Shown piece by piece: positions 20,735 through 29,601 of a stretch of 40,507 bases of DNA. The number at the start of each line of letters is the position of its first letter. Within the stretch, counting starts at the first letter, position 1. Below the pieces are notes generated by a model. That model did not search any database. It saw only the letters and a list, made by a program, of their open reading frames with translations, and was not told where the DNA came from. Made by a program: the position numbers and the translations under genes. The stretch comes from a virus. The stretch lies in UHGV virus genome UHGV-0094371; one strand, written 5' to 3'.

Positions 20735-21256
20735 CTATTGGTTATTCGACAGTCGCACTGATTCGTAAATCCGCTCACACGTCATTCCTGCCCGGTAGCT
20801 TTCGTCAGATCGTCCAGCATAATATCGAGCTGCTTCTGCAAGGCTTCCGAGCATGTCGGCAAGCATTGCTGCGTTGGCTCCGGCTGTTTTGCTTCTGACG
20901 GAAGTGGCGAGATCTGCGGTGTGCTTTGCGGCGTCCATGTGGGTAGCGAGTTTTGTTGCTTCGGCGCGCAGCTGCTTAACAGTGGTAGCCAGGCCAGCAG
21001 AAGTAACGGCAGCGCTCGCTGCTTGAGCTTGAGCATCTTTAACGGCCTCATCCCGGGCGATTGTTCGCCCTTGTTCAATCATACGAGCTGCGGTCTGTGC
21101 ATTCGCTTCCTGTGAAGATTCCGCGCTATCCCGGTCAGCCCACTTTATTTTCCAGCTGCGGTTCGTCCACTCACTGCCAGCGAGAAACGAACTTACCAAC
21201 GCAACAATCACAATGATGCAGATGCCACCCGGCTTCACTGGTCTATCCCCCAGCAC
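20735..21256 (-). CDS. Rz: i-spanin Rz
   Basis: 173 aa; N-terminal TMD (ICIIVIVALVSSFLAG) then Ala/Gln-rich coiled coil; directly after the endolysin. Confidence 0.75.
   Translation of the reverse strand: MLGDRPVKPGGICIIVIVALVSSFLAGSEWTNRSWKIKWADRDSAESSQEANAQTAARMIEQGRTIARDEAVKDAQAQAASAAVTSAGLATTVKQLRAEATKLATHMDAAKHTADLATSVRSKTAGANAAMLADMLGSLAEAARYYAGRSDESYRAGMTCERIYESVRLSNNQ
20782..21036 (-). CDS. Rz1: o-spanin Rz1 (lipoprotein) embedded in Rz in another frame
   Basis: lipobox LLSSC after a hydrophobic signal (MLKLKQRALPLLLLAWLPLLSSC), proline-rich mature part; fully inside Rz. Confidence 0.6.
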   Translation of the reverse strand: MLKLKQRALPLLLLAWLPLLSSCAPKQQNSLPTWTPQSTPQISPLPSEAKQPEPTQQCLPTCSEALQKQLDIMLDDLTKATGQE

Positions 21257-21774
21257 GTCAGTGCGCTTTCCTGGTCCCGTCTCTCAACCTGACCATAGCA
21301 GCCATTCTTCTGGCCTTTGGTTAGACGGCAATCACGGCCACCGTCTTTAATCCACCAGCGGATTGCCTCGCATGCACCGATGCGGTCACCTGCGTTGATG
21401 CGCTTATAGAAGGTCGATGGGAAGCATTTACCGGGGCCGATGTTATACGGGCAGAAGGATGCGATACCCACCTTCTGTGGCTCTGTCAGAGGCACTTTGA
21501 TATTGCGATCAACCCAGGCTAATGCCTTATCGCGTTCAATAGCGTTAACCTTCCGGCATTGTTCCTCAGTGGCCGTCATGCCCTTAACAACACGCCTGCC
21601 ATCGATAACGGTCACGCCGTGACATAAAGACCAGACCCCACCCGGATCAACAACGGCCAACAGCGCATTGCCTTCTTTCTCGCTGATGAATTGGTCGAAA
21701 ATGAGTGGAGCAGATGCCCCTGACGCGATTAGCGCCAGCACTGCTGCGCTGAGCTTTGCTTTGTTCGACATCAT
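21235..21774 (-). CDS. R: SAR endolysin (GH24 phage lysozyme), phage 21 R-like
   Basis: 179 aa; weakly hydrophobic Gly/Ala/Ser-rich N-terminus ([19 protein letters not shown]) typical of a SAR domain; E-x8-D catalytic spacing; ATGA overlap with the holin. Confidence 0.8.
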   Translation of the reverse strand: MMSNKAKLSAAVLALIASGASAPLIFDQFISEKEGNALLAVVDPGGVWSLCHGVTVIDGRRVVKGMTATEEQCRKVNAIERDKALAWVDRNIKVPLTEPQKVGIASFCPYNIGPGKCFPSTFYKRINAGDRIGACEAIRWWIKDGGRDCRLTKGQKNGCYGQVERRDQESALTCWGIDQ

Positions 21775-21986
21775 TCACCCCGCGCAGCTTTGCGGCGATC
21801 CGCTTTGATTTGGAAGTACAGACTCGTTAACCACGTCAGCAAACCAAACATGAGGCTACCGAGCACACCAATGGCCGCCCATTGAGATGGGGAGACTTTA
21901 TCTAGGAGCTGGAGCAACCAGTATCCGGCCCCCCCTCCCGATGCGCCGTATGCAATACCCGTCGTGATTTTTTCCATTCGATACAT
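21771..21986 (-). CDS. S: class II holin / pinholin (S21-like)
   Basis: 71 aa, two TMDs; ITTGIAYG...[14 protein letters not shown]...RRKAARGE matches phage 21 S as recalled. Confidence 0.85.
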   Translation of the reverse strand: MYRMEKITTGIAYGASGGGAGYWLLQLLDKVSPSQWAAIGVLGSLMFGLLTWLTSLYFQIKADRRKAARGE

Positions 21987-22027
21987 GCTCTCACCTCGCT
22001 ACGTTGCGGGTGTCCAGTTGAGGTAAT

Positions 22028-22050
22028 AAAAAGGGCCGCGATAGCGACCC
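22028..22050 (-). terminator. hairpin plus T5 on the minus strand between the methyltransferase stop and the holin start
   Basis: minus-strand gggtcgctatcgcggccctttttatt. Confidence 0.4.
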
Positions 22051-22056
22051 AAGCTT

Positions 22057-23109
22057 TTATTCCCATGCCAGCTGCCTTACCTCACTTACCGTCTGGTTGA
22101 AACGTTCCTCTTCCAGTTCTACGCCGATAGCCTGGCGGCCCAGTTCAATGGCTGCTTTAACAGTTGATCCCGAGCCCATAAAGAAATCAGCTACCACATC
22201 GCCGGGCCTGCTGCTGGCGTTGATGATTTGCCGCAACATATCAGCGGGCTTTTCGCACGGGTGTTTGCCTGGATAGAACTGGACGGGTTTATGTGTCCAG
22301 ACGTCTGTATAGGGCACGGCTACTGTCACAGAGAAATGCCGCCGAAGAGATTTGTACTCTTCCAGCAGATCAAGGTATTTCCGGTTCAACGAATGCCATG
22401 TGGCCACCAGCTGGTGATGCGGTGCTTTGAGTTCAGAGGCGCGGTGCTTCTCAATGGCGATCTGAGTGAACAATTCCTGCAGCTTTTCGTAATCCTGCTC
22501 GTTTGGTAGTTGCCACTGACTGGTACCGAACCAGTGAGACGCCATATTTTTCTTTCCGGTAGCGTCAGCTATTTGCCTGGACGTGACCCCCAGTTCGGCT
22601 CGTGCATCACGAAAGTAGGTGATTAACGGAGCCATGACGTGCTGTTTGACCTCGTTGCTTTTCTCAGCAAATCCGTCGCTTTTCGGCTTATATGGCCCCT
22701 GATAATGCTCAGCGAAAAGGATGCGTTCCGTCGCGGGGAAGTAAGAGCGCAGGCTTTCTTTATTACAACCGTTCCAACGCCCTGATGGCTTCGCCCAGAT
22801 AATGTGGTTCATGACGTTGAAGCGTTCACGCATCATGATCTCAATATCGGATGCAAGTCGGTGACCTGAAAACAAATACAGGCTGCCGGCAGGCTTAAGC
22901 ACTCGCCAGAACTGGGCAAGACACATATCAAGCCAGCGAAGATAGTCGGCGTCACCGTTCCACTGATTATCCCAGCCGTTCGGCTTCACCTTAAAATAAG
23001 GCGGATCCGTAACAATAAGGTCGATGGTGTTATCTGGGAGGGTTGCGAGGTATTGCAGGCAGTCAGCGTTGATAAGCTCAACACTGTTTATATTTACAGT
23101 ATTTTTCAT
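22057..23109 (-). CDS. orphan DNA methyltransferase (beta-class N6-adenine/N4-cytosine, PF01555-like)
   Basis: 350 aa; motif IV DPPY near the N-terminus (IVTDPPYF) and motif I FxGxG near the C-terminus (DFFMGSGST); no adjacent restriction gene. Confidence 0.85.
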   Translation of the reverse strand: MKNTVNINSVELINADCLQYLATLPDNTIDLIVTDPPYFKVKPNGWDNQWNGDADYLRWLDMCLAQFWRVLKPAGSLYLFSGHRLASDIEIMMRERFNVMNHIIWAKPSGRWNGCNKESLRSYFPATERILFAEHYQGPYKPKSDGFAEKSNEVKQHVMAPLITYFRDARAELGVTSRQIADATGKKNMASHWFGTSQWQLPNEQDYEKLQELFTQIAIEKHRASELKAPHHQLVATWHSLNRKYLDLLEEYKSLRRHFSVTVAVPYTDVWTHKPVQFYPGKHPCEKPADMLRQIINASSRPGDVVADFFMGSGSTVKAAIELGRQAIGVELEEERFNQTVSEVRQLAWE

Positions 23110-23259
23110 AGATCCGTAAGCGTAACTCTGATAGGCTCACTATGCTTTTGCGCTAAAGCAGTGGGCCTTGGTTAGCTTGTGACCTGAAAGCATGAGCTAA
23201 TGGCTGGTTGGGTGCTACAACACCCACCAGCCGCCCATTTTCACAGCAGGAAACCGCCA

Positions 23260-23487
23260 TTACTGGCAGCGTCTGAATTTATTCCCGTACCCGCCGTTAT
23301 CCTTCGCCAGACCCGCCAGAACTAACTGAGTCAGTATTAACTGGCACCGGGCTTCGCTTACTCCGGTAGTTCTCGTCATCATGCATGGCGTTACCCACTT
23401 GTCAGCAGGTAAGAAATGAAGGACTGCGGCGGCGGTTTCTGTAATATCTTGCTGTTTTAGCATGTCTTTTTCCCTTCTGGTTAACAT
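23260..23487 (-). CDS. hypothetical small protein (75 aa)
   Basis: ORF only; between tR' and the methyltransferase. Confidence 0.3.
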   Translation of the reverse strand: MLTRREKDMLKQQDITETAAAVLHFLPADKWVTPCMMTRTTGVSEARCQLILTQLVLAGLAKDNGGYGNKFRRCQ

Positions 23488-23583
23488 GACATACCAATAA
23501 CTCTTGTCTAAAAATCCAGCAAGATAAAAAGTCAGTATTCACGACCACCAGCGTGTTTACTGTACTGCACCAAGTTTACAGGT

Positions 23584-23611
23584 ACAAAAAACCCGCTCAG
23601 TGGCGGGTTCC
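23584..23611 (-). terminator. candidate tR'-like intrinsic terminator of the short pR' leader transcript
   Basis: minus-strand aacccgccactgagcgggttttttgt, about 60 nt downstream of the predicted pR' start. Confidence 0.6.
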
Positions 23612-23655
23612 TAAATCTTATCAACGGTAGACATACAAAACCCATCGTTGGAAAA

Positions 23656-23684
23656 ATCTTATCCATATTTTTTGAAAAATGCAA
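23656..23684 (-). promoter_or_regulatory. candidate late promoter pR' (TTGCAT-N17-TAAGAT), where Q would act
   Basis: hexamers read on the minus strand about 30 bp downstream of the Q stop codon. Confidence 0.45.
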
Positions 23685-23715
23685 GCATCATGTCGTCATC
23701 TTCGGCGAAAACCAT

Positions 23716-24474
23716 TTATCTTGTCACCTTTCTCAATTGTATCTCTGCATATGCTTCTTCCTGCCAGCACTTTGTAACCAGTTTATCAATGACATCTGCA
23801 TATCCTTTGTACCACTGATAATCCGTCAGGTCTGGTACCAGCTTCTGGACATGATGCCGCGCCAGTGTGGTTGGTAAACGGCTAAACCGGTTTCCATTGC
23901 AACGCCCACAAATCTTATAAACAGGCGTGCCATGAAGCCGGGTCCTTTTTTCATCCAGGACAATACCTTTACCCTTACACCCTCTGCACGCTGTGCTGAC
24001 TTCTCCCTTACCATGACAATGCTGACATAGTTCCTTCACCCACTCTTCCTTGATAACAGATTCCCCGCTTCTGGAGTGTTTTACCACTTCGCGCAATACA
24101 TTATGAAATCCAGTACCAGCACAATGCTCACAGCGAGCCTTACTTGCCGCAGACCTGGAATAATCAGCAAAGGCAAAATTCACAAGGTAAGGGATGATCT
24201 GTAACCGGGTTTCTTCACTCAATTTATTCAATGTCGGGTTATCCAGTGCCATCGCGTAATTGAGCAGACCTTCAATCGCAAACTGAGGATCCTGAACACC
24301 AACTTTTGCCAGGAATAAGGCAAAACCCAGTGGTGCTTTCGACTGCACCATCCCCTGCGCAGCCATCACATCCGTAATCGTTAAACCACCAGAGCCTGTC
24401 GCCGGTGCGTCATCGCTCAATTTTGGAGATTTTGGGGAGTAATATTTTGGTAAGGCTTCAAGGTTCATGCTCAT
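23716..24474 (-). CDS. Q: antitermination protein Q (Qin quuQ / YdfT-like family)
   Basis: 252 aa with four CxxCxGxG zinc-finger repeats; immediately upstream of pR'/tR'; DUF968 neighbour as in the E. coli Qin prophage. Confidence 0.7.
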   Translation of the reverse strand: MSMNLEALPKYYSPKSPKLSDDAPATGSGGLTITDVMAAQGMVQSKAPLGFALFLAKVGVQDPQFAIEGLLNYAMALDNPTLNKLSEETRLQIIPYLVNFAFADYSRSAASKARCEHCAGTGFHNVLREVVKHSRSGESVIKEEWVKELCQHCHGKGEVSTACRGCKGKGIVLDEKRTRLHGTPVYKICGRCNGNRFSRLPTTLARHHVQKLVPDLTDYQWYKGYADVIDKLVTKCWQEEAYAEIQLRKVTR

Positions 24475-24481
24475 TCTCCAC

Positions 24482-25477
24482 TTACGCCAGTACGCCTATT
24501 GCCAGCGCACGATCGATAAAACGAAATATCAGCTCCAGCTGGGAGCCATACTTCTCTTCAAATGCCACGGTATCCGCATGCAGCTCGTCGTGATGCTTTC
24601 TGCACAAAGGCAACACAAAGAGGTCATGCGCTTTTGTACCCATTCCCCCCTGACCGTGGCCTATCAGGTGGTGGGGATCATCAGCGGGCTTTCCACAACA
24701 TGCACACGGCTGTGTCTTAACCCAGCGCGTGTACTTTTCATTAACCCAGCGGCGACGTTTTGGGCGTAACATAAAAGACCCCGGCGACTCCGGATCCACT
24801 TTCAGCGCCAGCACCTTTTTTGCCTTATCCTGGATGATGCTGGTGGCAGGAACCGAAGGCACAAGGTCACTTTCCCGGGTGACAGACGGCACAACAGGCT
24901 TTGGTAATCTCAGTGCCTTACGGGCTGCACTTTCCGGTAAGGCATCCGCCAGGTCATTACGAATCAGCCACCAGCACAGTTCCGGCATTGTCACAACGTG
25001 ACTATCATCAAAACCGAGATCCCGACGCACAACAGACAACACCCAGCGGGCACAGTTATCCGTTGCCATTGATTCCAGCCGTTCCGTGAACTGATCGCGC
25101 AGCTGGTTATCACAGTGCCAGCACAGACGGATTGCGCCCGGAGCGTGTCGCATTGTGGTCATGTTCTCGCTGTGCCAGTCGGAATGAGGCCACTGGCAGC
25201 CTTTTTCACGAAGTAACCAGCTTTCAAGACATTCCACGCCACCAGCACGACGGATCACTGCCTCATTGCGGAACACGGCCCGAACAGCAGGATCATCCGC
25301 CAGCGGTTGTGATGCCGCCGGAACGGCACCACTGGCAAAAGATGAATAACGTTCCGGCTCAGGCTCCAGCAGGACACGCCCCTGCATAAACAGGGGCATC
25401 AGCTCTGAACCTGGCCTGAACAATACGATCCCCATACGCGGGGCAATTTCAGGGGTCAGTAATGCTCTCACGGTCAC
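24482..25477 (-). CDS. DUF968 (YdfU-like) protein with C-terminal HNH-type zinc-finger nuclease motif
   Basis: 331 aa; CACCGKP...HHLIGHG...CRKHHDELH motif. Confidence 0.7.
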   Translation of the reverse strand: MTVRALLTPEIAPRMGIVLFRPGSELMPLFMQGRVLLEPEPERYSSFASGAVPAASQPLADDPAVRAVFRNEAVIRRAGGVECLESWLLREKGCQWPHSDWHSENMTTMRHAPGAIRLCWHCDNQLRDQFTERLESMATDNCARWVLSVVRRDLGFDDSHVVTMPELCWWLIRNDLADALPESAARKALRLPKPVVPSVTRESDLVPSVPATSIIQDKAKKVLALKVDPESPGSFMLRPKRRRWVNEKYTRWVKTQPCACCGKPADDPHHLIGHGQGGMGTKAHDLFVLPLCRKHHDELHADTVAFEEKYGSQLELIFRFIDRALAIGVLA

Positions 25478-25478
25478 C

Positions 25479-26288
25479 TCAATGAACGGTATCGAGCAGC
25501 TTTAACAGCTCAGGGAATCGGGATTCGAAGAAATGCGGCTGCGTCTCGCGCGGATTTGCGGGACTGGTGATGTTCTTGCCGAACATGCAACCTTTCGCTG
25601 TCAGCGACCAGAATTTTTTGATGTTGTTAATCGCGGTACGGCTGTATCGTTCGCGCTGCTCGACGATCCCCAGTTTCACCATCTGGTGATATGCCTGATT
25701 AGCCGTCAGGCGTATACCATACTGTTTCAGCAGTGCACTCAGTGACAGTGTCGGGCGACTTGAGCCATCGTGTGCATCAGCAGGAGCATCAATGGCATAG
25801 CGCGGTGCCAGATTCGGTAAGCCAACAGCCTCCTGGAGTTTCTGACAGGCACCAAGCACTGAAGAGTTAGACAGGTTTAACTCCCGGCGCATAAAGTCCA
25901 GCAGGATCACGCCAGCCTGCATCTTGTCAGCAGCCTGCCCGGATAATTTTTCCGGTGCGCTGGTTACCATATCGAAAGTACGGATCACCTTCAGATGGAA
26001 TGACGGGCTGATCCACATTGCATAGGCATACACCAGTTCCTTGCAGACATACGTTCCCCGTTCATTTCCCCCATGAATCACACTCACCGGGTCAACACCC
26101 AAATTCTGGGTATTGGTCAATTCATGAACAAGCTCAACAGTTTGTTGGCTGGAAAGAAACTTTCCTGGCTCCTTGGTTCTGGCATTTGCACCAGATGCTA
26201 CTGCTGCGCGATGCAGATCGTTCAGGCTGTAACGCCCATAAGCATCACGACGAACTTCAATACCATCAATAACCATCAGATTATTCAT
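25479..26288 (-). CDS. KilA-N domain protein (antirepressor-like)
   Basis: 269 aa; N-terminal GRYSLNDLHRAA...GTYVCKELVYAYAMWISPSFHLKVIR. Confidence 0.7.
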   Translation of the reverse strand: MNNLMVIDGIEVRRDAYGRYSLNDLHRAAVASGANARTKEPGKFLSSQQTVELVHELTNTQNLGVDPVSVIHGGNERGTYVCKELVYAYAMWISPSFHLKVIRTFDMVTSAPEKLSGQAADKMQAGVILLDFMRRELNLSNSSVLGACQKLQEAVGLPNLAPRYAIDAPADAHDGSSRPTLSLSALLKQYGIRLTANQAYHQMVKLGIVEQRERYSRTAINNIKKFWSLTAKGCMFGKNITSPANPRETQPHFFESRFPELLKLLDTVH

Positions 26289-26307
26289 ACTTCGTTTCTC
26301 CTCTTAA

Positions 26308-26697
26308 TCAGGCGGCTGCACCCGCCGTTTTCTCGTACTTACTGATAGTGATCTCGACCTTCCCTTCCGGGATAACCGGCCCCCACTCCACCAGCATTCT
26401 TTTCACCTGGCTGTCGTCCACCCACACACCCGCGTGGGTCAGGGCGTCAAACAGCGCCTTGTTATAGTTGTCCAGATCGCGAAGCCGGTTATCCGGAGGA
26501 AACAACACGATCTCCACTGAAGCTGGTGCCGACGTTGGTTTCGGCAGACGACGTAACTGCTCAATGATGGCTGCACACGCTGCGCTCTGGAATTTTCGCC
26601 CCGCCGCGCTTATCAGGCTCTTACCTGCAAGCGCCCCTTTGTTGGGGTGTCGCCAGTACGTGTTCACGCTGGGCGGAAAAGGCAGTATTAGCTTCAT
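26308..26697 (-). CDS. rusA: Holliday junction resolvase RusA
   Basis: 129 aa; LPFPPSVNTYW...DLDNYNKALFDALTHAGVWVDDSQV. Confidence 0.85.
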   Translation of the reverse strand: MKLILPFPPSVNTYWRHPNKGALAGKSLISAAGRKFQSAACAAIIEQLRRLPKPTSAPASVEIVLFPPDNRLRDLDNYNKALFDALTHAGVWVDDSQVKRMLVEWGPVIPEGKVEITISKYEKTAGAAA

Positions 26698-27020
26698 ACT
26701 TTCAGGCCCCTCTCATGTAACCAGTGGGCTGCACGCAGCCTGGCGTTTGCCTCACCGGCAAGCAGTGCGCGGATAATCCCGACCGCCTCGCTGTCGTCGT
26801 CCTTCACCGCGGTATGAAGCGTGATGCCCCGGGCCACGCCACGCTTTATCGTGATGACGCCTTTTTTCTCCAGTGCGCGAAGATGCTCCACCGCTGCATT
26901 CACTGAACGGTATCCCAGCATGGTTGCCACCTCCTGATTGGTTGGCGGGAAGCCACGTTCTTTCTGATAAGAAATCAGCATATCCAGCACCTGCTGCTGG
27001 CATTGAGTTAACGTAGTCAT
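26694..27020 (-). CDS. LexA-type winged-helix DNA-binding protein lacking the S24 peptidase domain
   Basis: 108 aa from the ATG at 27020; MTTLTQCQQQVLDMLISYQKERGFPPTNQEVATMLGYRSVNAAVEHLRALEKKGVI resembles the LexA N-terminal domain as recalled; ATGA overlaps on both sides. Confidence 0.6.
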   Translation of the reverse strand: MTTLTQCQQQVLDMLISYQKERGFPPTNQEVATMLGYRSVNAAVEHLRALEKKGVITIKRGVARGITLHTAVKDDDSEAVGIIRALLAGEANARLRAAHWLHERGLKV

Positions 27021-27514
27021 TAAGCCCCCACGTAATTCCCTGACAGATACCACTCTTCACCCGATGCAGCGCGCTTGCTGCTTTTCCGTAAACACCGTTC
27101 ACGACGCGCCAGAAAATTGTTTCGTTCTGGCTGGGAGTGGCTTTCACGGAATGCCTCCATCCACACCGTTGCAGCACGACGGTATAAGCCCCTCGACTCC
27201 AGTTCTTCAGCCTGGCGGGTCAGGCACAAAATCACCCGGGGGGCGTTAGTGCCGACATAGAACTTGCGCACAGGTCTGGTTTCACAAACTGGTTGTGGTT
27301 CCGGCTCCTGCGCTCTCTCAGTCAGGCGCGAGAAATGTCTGCGTGTATCTCCTTCACAACGGTGAGCCACACGCCCACTCTGACGTAACTTGCTTGCTGA
27401 CTGCAGAACGCGCTGCCGTGAGTAACCTGCAAAAGCATCCGCAATGTCTCCGGAAGTACACCCCGGATGGGCTTCAATGAATTTCTGAACTTCATTCAAA
27501 AGACTCATGATCAC
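27020..27514 (-). CDS. putative PerC/Pch-family transcriptional regulator
   Basis: 164 aa; C-terminal LESRGLYRRAATVWMEAF...RRERCL resembles the PerC/Pch signature as recalled. Confidence 0.45.
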   Translation of the reverse strand: MIMSLLNEVQKFIEAHPGCTSGDIADAFAGYSRQRVLQSASKLRQSGRVAHRCEGDTRRHFSRLTERAQEPEPQPVCETRPVRKFYVGTNAPRVILCLTRQAEELESRGLYRRAATVWMEAFRESHSQPERNNFLARRERCLRKSSKRAASGEEWYLSGNYVGA

Positions 27515-28452
27515 CCCCTGAATCCTGCCGGGATCTGGCTGTAGTCCACGTTGTCGTAACTGGATTTGAAGTACGGATCTTCACGTTTTTCTGTGTATGT
27601 GCTGACGGACGGCGATAAGCGCAGGGAAAGCTCATCCCATTTTTCCCGCAGCTTCGACGGGCTGAGCACGTTACGGCACCAGAACGGATCGCGGCTGACG
27701 CGGCTGTACATCTCGCAGATTTGTTTGTGAGTACGACCATCCTGCACACACATCAGGCGAATTTCGTTTGCCCAGGCTGTCCAGTTCGGTTCTTTGGGAC
27801 GAACCACCTCGCCGTCACATTCGGCAGCCTGCTCGTACAGGGCGATGATTTTTTTCCAGAGCCACTGTGCGCAGGTCAAATCATCCTGCGTCCCCCACTG
27901 GCGTTTTTTAGGGCTGAATACAACCGCATCAGGATGGCGAGTTAAAAAATCCTGTTCAGCCGTCTGCGTGTCCGGTTGCGAAGCGTCCGGACGAGAAGGT
28001 TTTTTATCTGACGGATCATGTTTTGATTTTACTGACGGATCCCCGCCAGATTCTGACGGGTGAAAACCCGCTTTTTTGCCAGATTTCGACGCATCAAATT
28101 TTGACGGGTCAGATTTTGATGCGTCAGATTTTGACGGGTCAGAATCTGACAGTTGAGAAAATGCCGCTGCCTGAAGCTTCGCAACGTTAAGCTGATAAAC
28201 ATTCGACGCATTGCGGTTACCCTGGCGACGCGCCTTACGCGTTAACCAGCCTTCTGCTTCCAGCCGTGCGATAGCCGTTCTGACGGTACTCATCCCCGCG
28301 CCAATCTGGCGGGCAATGGTTTCAATTGATGGCCAGCACACACCTTCGTCATTACTGAAATCAGCCAGGCGGGCCATAATTGCCACGCTGGATAATTTCA
28401 TGCCTGACGCTGCGCAACCATCCCATACATAGCCGGTTAATTTAGTGCTCAT
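27511..28452 (-). CDS. replication initiator (lambda O-like); N-terminal HTH, repeat linker, C-terminal domain
   Basis: 313 aa; lambda O position after cro/CII-like; iteron array inside the gene; SKSD peptide repeats. Confidence 0.65.
   Translation of the reverse strand: MSTKLTGYVWDGCAASGMKLSSVAIMARLADFSNDEGVCWPSIETIARQIGAGMSTVRTAIARLEAEGWLTRKARRQGNRNASNVYQLNVAKLQAAAFSQLSDSDPSKSDASKSDPSKFDASKSGKKAGFHPSESGGDPSVKSKHDPSDKKPSRPDASQPDTQTAEQDFLTRHPDAVVFSPKKRQWGTQDDLTCAQWLWKKIIALYEQAAECDGEVVRPKEPNWTAWANEIRLMCVQDGRTHKQICEMYSRVSRDPFWCRNVLSPSKLREKWDELSLRLSPSVSTYTEKREDPYFKSSYDNVDYSQIPAGFRG
28006..28155 (-). repeat. ori-like iteron array: about 8 imperfect direct repeats of (A)GATTTTGACGGGTC, the last five spaced exactly 15 bp apart
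   Basis: repeat units at 28006, 28030, 28050, 28084, 28099, 28114, 28129 and 28144. Confidence 0.65.
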
Positions 28453-28461
28453 GACCGACCT

Positions 28462-28800
28462 CTATTTCCCTGAATTTACGACGAAACTGTTCGAGCGGAC
28501 TGAAGCACTCATACTCATAGCCTTCGCGGAGGTAGATAACCCGTTGTGTTTCCGGTTCCCAACGAATGACTCTGACGGGCACTCCGTAGTGATCTTTGAA
28601 CCAGCGGTTAACTTGTCGCAAAGGACTGTCTCCTTCTGCCGGTTGAAATCACCCACAGCCCACTCTGCAAAGCTGTGGGTTACAATTACCCTGTCACCTG
28701 GTACATTTACTGCATAGCAATACTCCACCTTCGCTTTTCCACCCGGTACAGGAAGCGCAATCAGTTGCGAGCGACGGTAGTGTGTTGTTAAACTGTTCAT
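28462..28800 (-). CDS. hypothetical protein (112 aa)
   Basis: ATGA start/stop overlap with the upstream CII-like gene; no family recognised. Confidence 0.4.
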   Translation of the reverse strand: MNSLTTHYRRSQLIALPVPGGKAKVEYCYAVNVPGDRVIVTHSFAEWAVGDFNRQKETVLCDKLTAGSKITTECPSESFVGNRKHNGLSTSAKAMSMSASVRSNSFVVNSGK

Positions 28801-29348
28801 GCGTTAGTTTCTCCACAGTCACGACACGCCACGGCGCCCGGAGCTGCACACTCGCGGGCGTCACTACTTTCTGAAACGCAAAAGATTTTGTAGACCAGTG
28901 CTGCATGCTCCTGCAGCTTCGAAATTGAGAGGTACAGCTCATCGTTAATTGCTGTCTTCTCATGCGGTTCCACTACACCGTCTTCAATTGCTGAACGAAT
29001 CTGTTTTGAATAACTGCCGATCTGTTCAATGACCTCCAGCAGGCGTTGGTTGATATCGGCGTTGTCCACATCCTCGATGTCAGGAAGAGACACAAATACG
29101 CCATTTGCAGACTGCGCCACAGCATCAGCAATGAAGTGAGTGCCACCAGCACGCTGTAAAACCATTGCCCATCCCAGCGGGAAAATCTGATCGCCATCTG
29201 CACGAAGGCGGTTGAATAAAGCGTTTTCTGTTACATCGAGCCAATCAGCCGCTTCAGCGTAACCACCCGGCAACGCCGCGATAGTTTTTCTGACAGCTTT
29301 CACGTACCACTCAGGCTGTTTTTCTATTTTCCAGTGATGCTTACCCAC
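28797..29348 (-). CDS. putative CII-like regulator (YdaT / CP76-like)
   Basis: 183 aa directly downstream of cro; family assignment from memory only. Confidence 0.4.
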   Translation of the reverse strand: MGKHHWKIEKQPEWYVKAVRKTIAALPGGYAEAADWLDVTENALFNRLRADGDQIFPLGWAMVLQRAGGTHFIADAVAQSANGVFVSLPDIEDVDNADINQRLLEVIEQIGSYSKQIRSAIEDGVVEPHEKTAINDELYLSISKLQEHAALVYKIFCVSESSDARECAAPGAVACRDCGETNA

Positions 29349-29601
29349 GGTTCACCTCCTGTTCCTGTGGTTTAAACCCATTCTGGTTTTGGCTAGATTG
29401 AAAACGTGCCGGATAAAGAATCTGCATTTCGCTGATTTCACCCTTAAAAAAATTGGCTAAACGTTCTGCAAGCTCGATAGATGGAATCTGCTCCAGCCTC
29501 TCAATACGACTCAACGTCGCTGGATTGACTTGAACACCCGCAGCAACATGCTGCAAAGTGAAACCATGCGCCTTACGCACATTTCGTAATGGTGATTGCA
29601 T
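29341..29601 (-). CDS. cro: Cro-like HTH (XRE family) repressor
   Basis: 86 aa; HTH (FTLQHVAAGVQVNPATLSRIE); divergent from cI across a 97-bp operator region. Confidence 0.75.
   Translation of the reverse strand: MQSPLRNVRKAHGFTLQHVAAGVQVNPATLSRIERLEQIPSIELAERLANFFKGEISEMQILYPARFQSSQNQNGFKPQEQEVNRG

Noticed and set aside
20782-21078. Full 98-aa ORF as Rz1
   Set aside because: The first 14 codons precede the signal peptide; the lipoprotein most likely starts at the internal Met (21036), so the feature was trimmed.
28004-28160. Short regularly spaced repeats that could be mistaken for a CRISPR array
   Set aside because: Repeats are 15 bp, contiguous (no spacers), lie inside a coding sequence and encode an SKSD peptide repeat; they are ori-type iterons.
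28445-28717. 90-aa plus-strand ORF
   Set aside because: Antisense to the translationally coupled 112-aa minus-strand gene within the cro-CII-O operon; no independent support.
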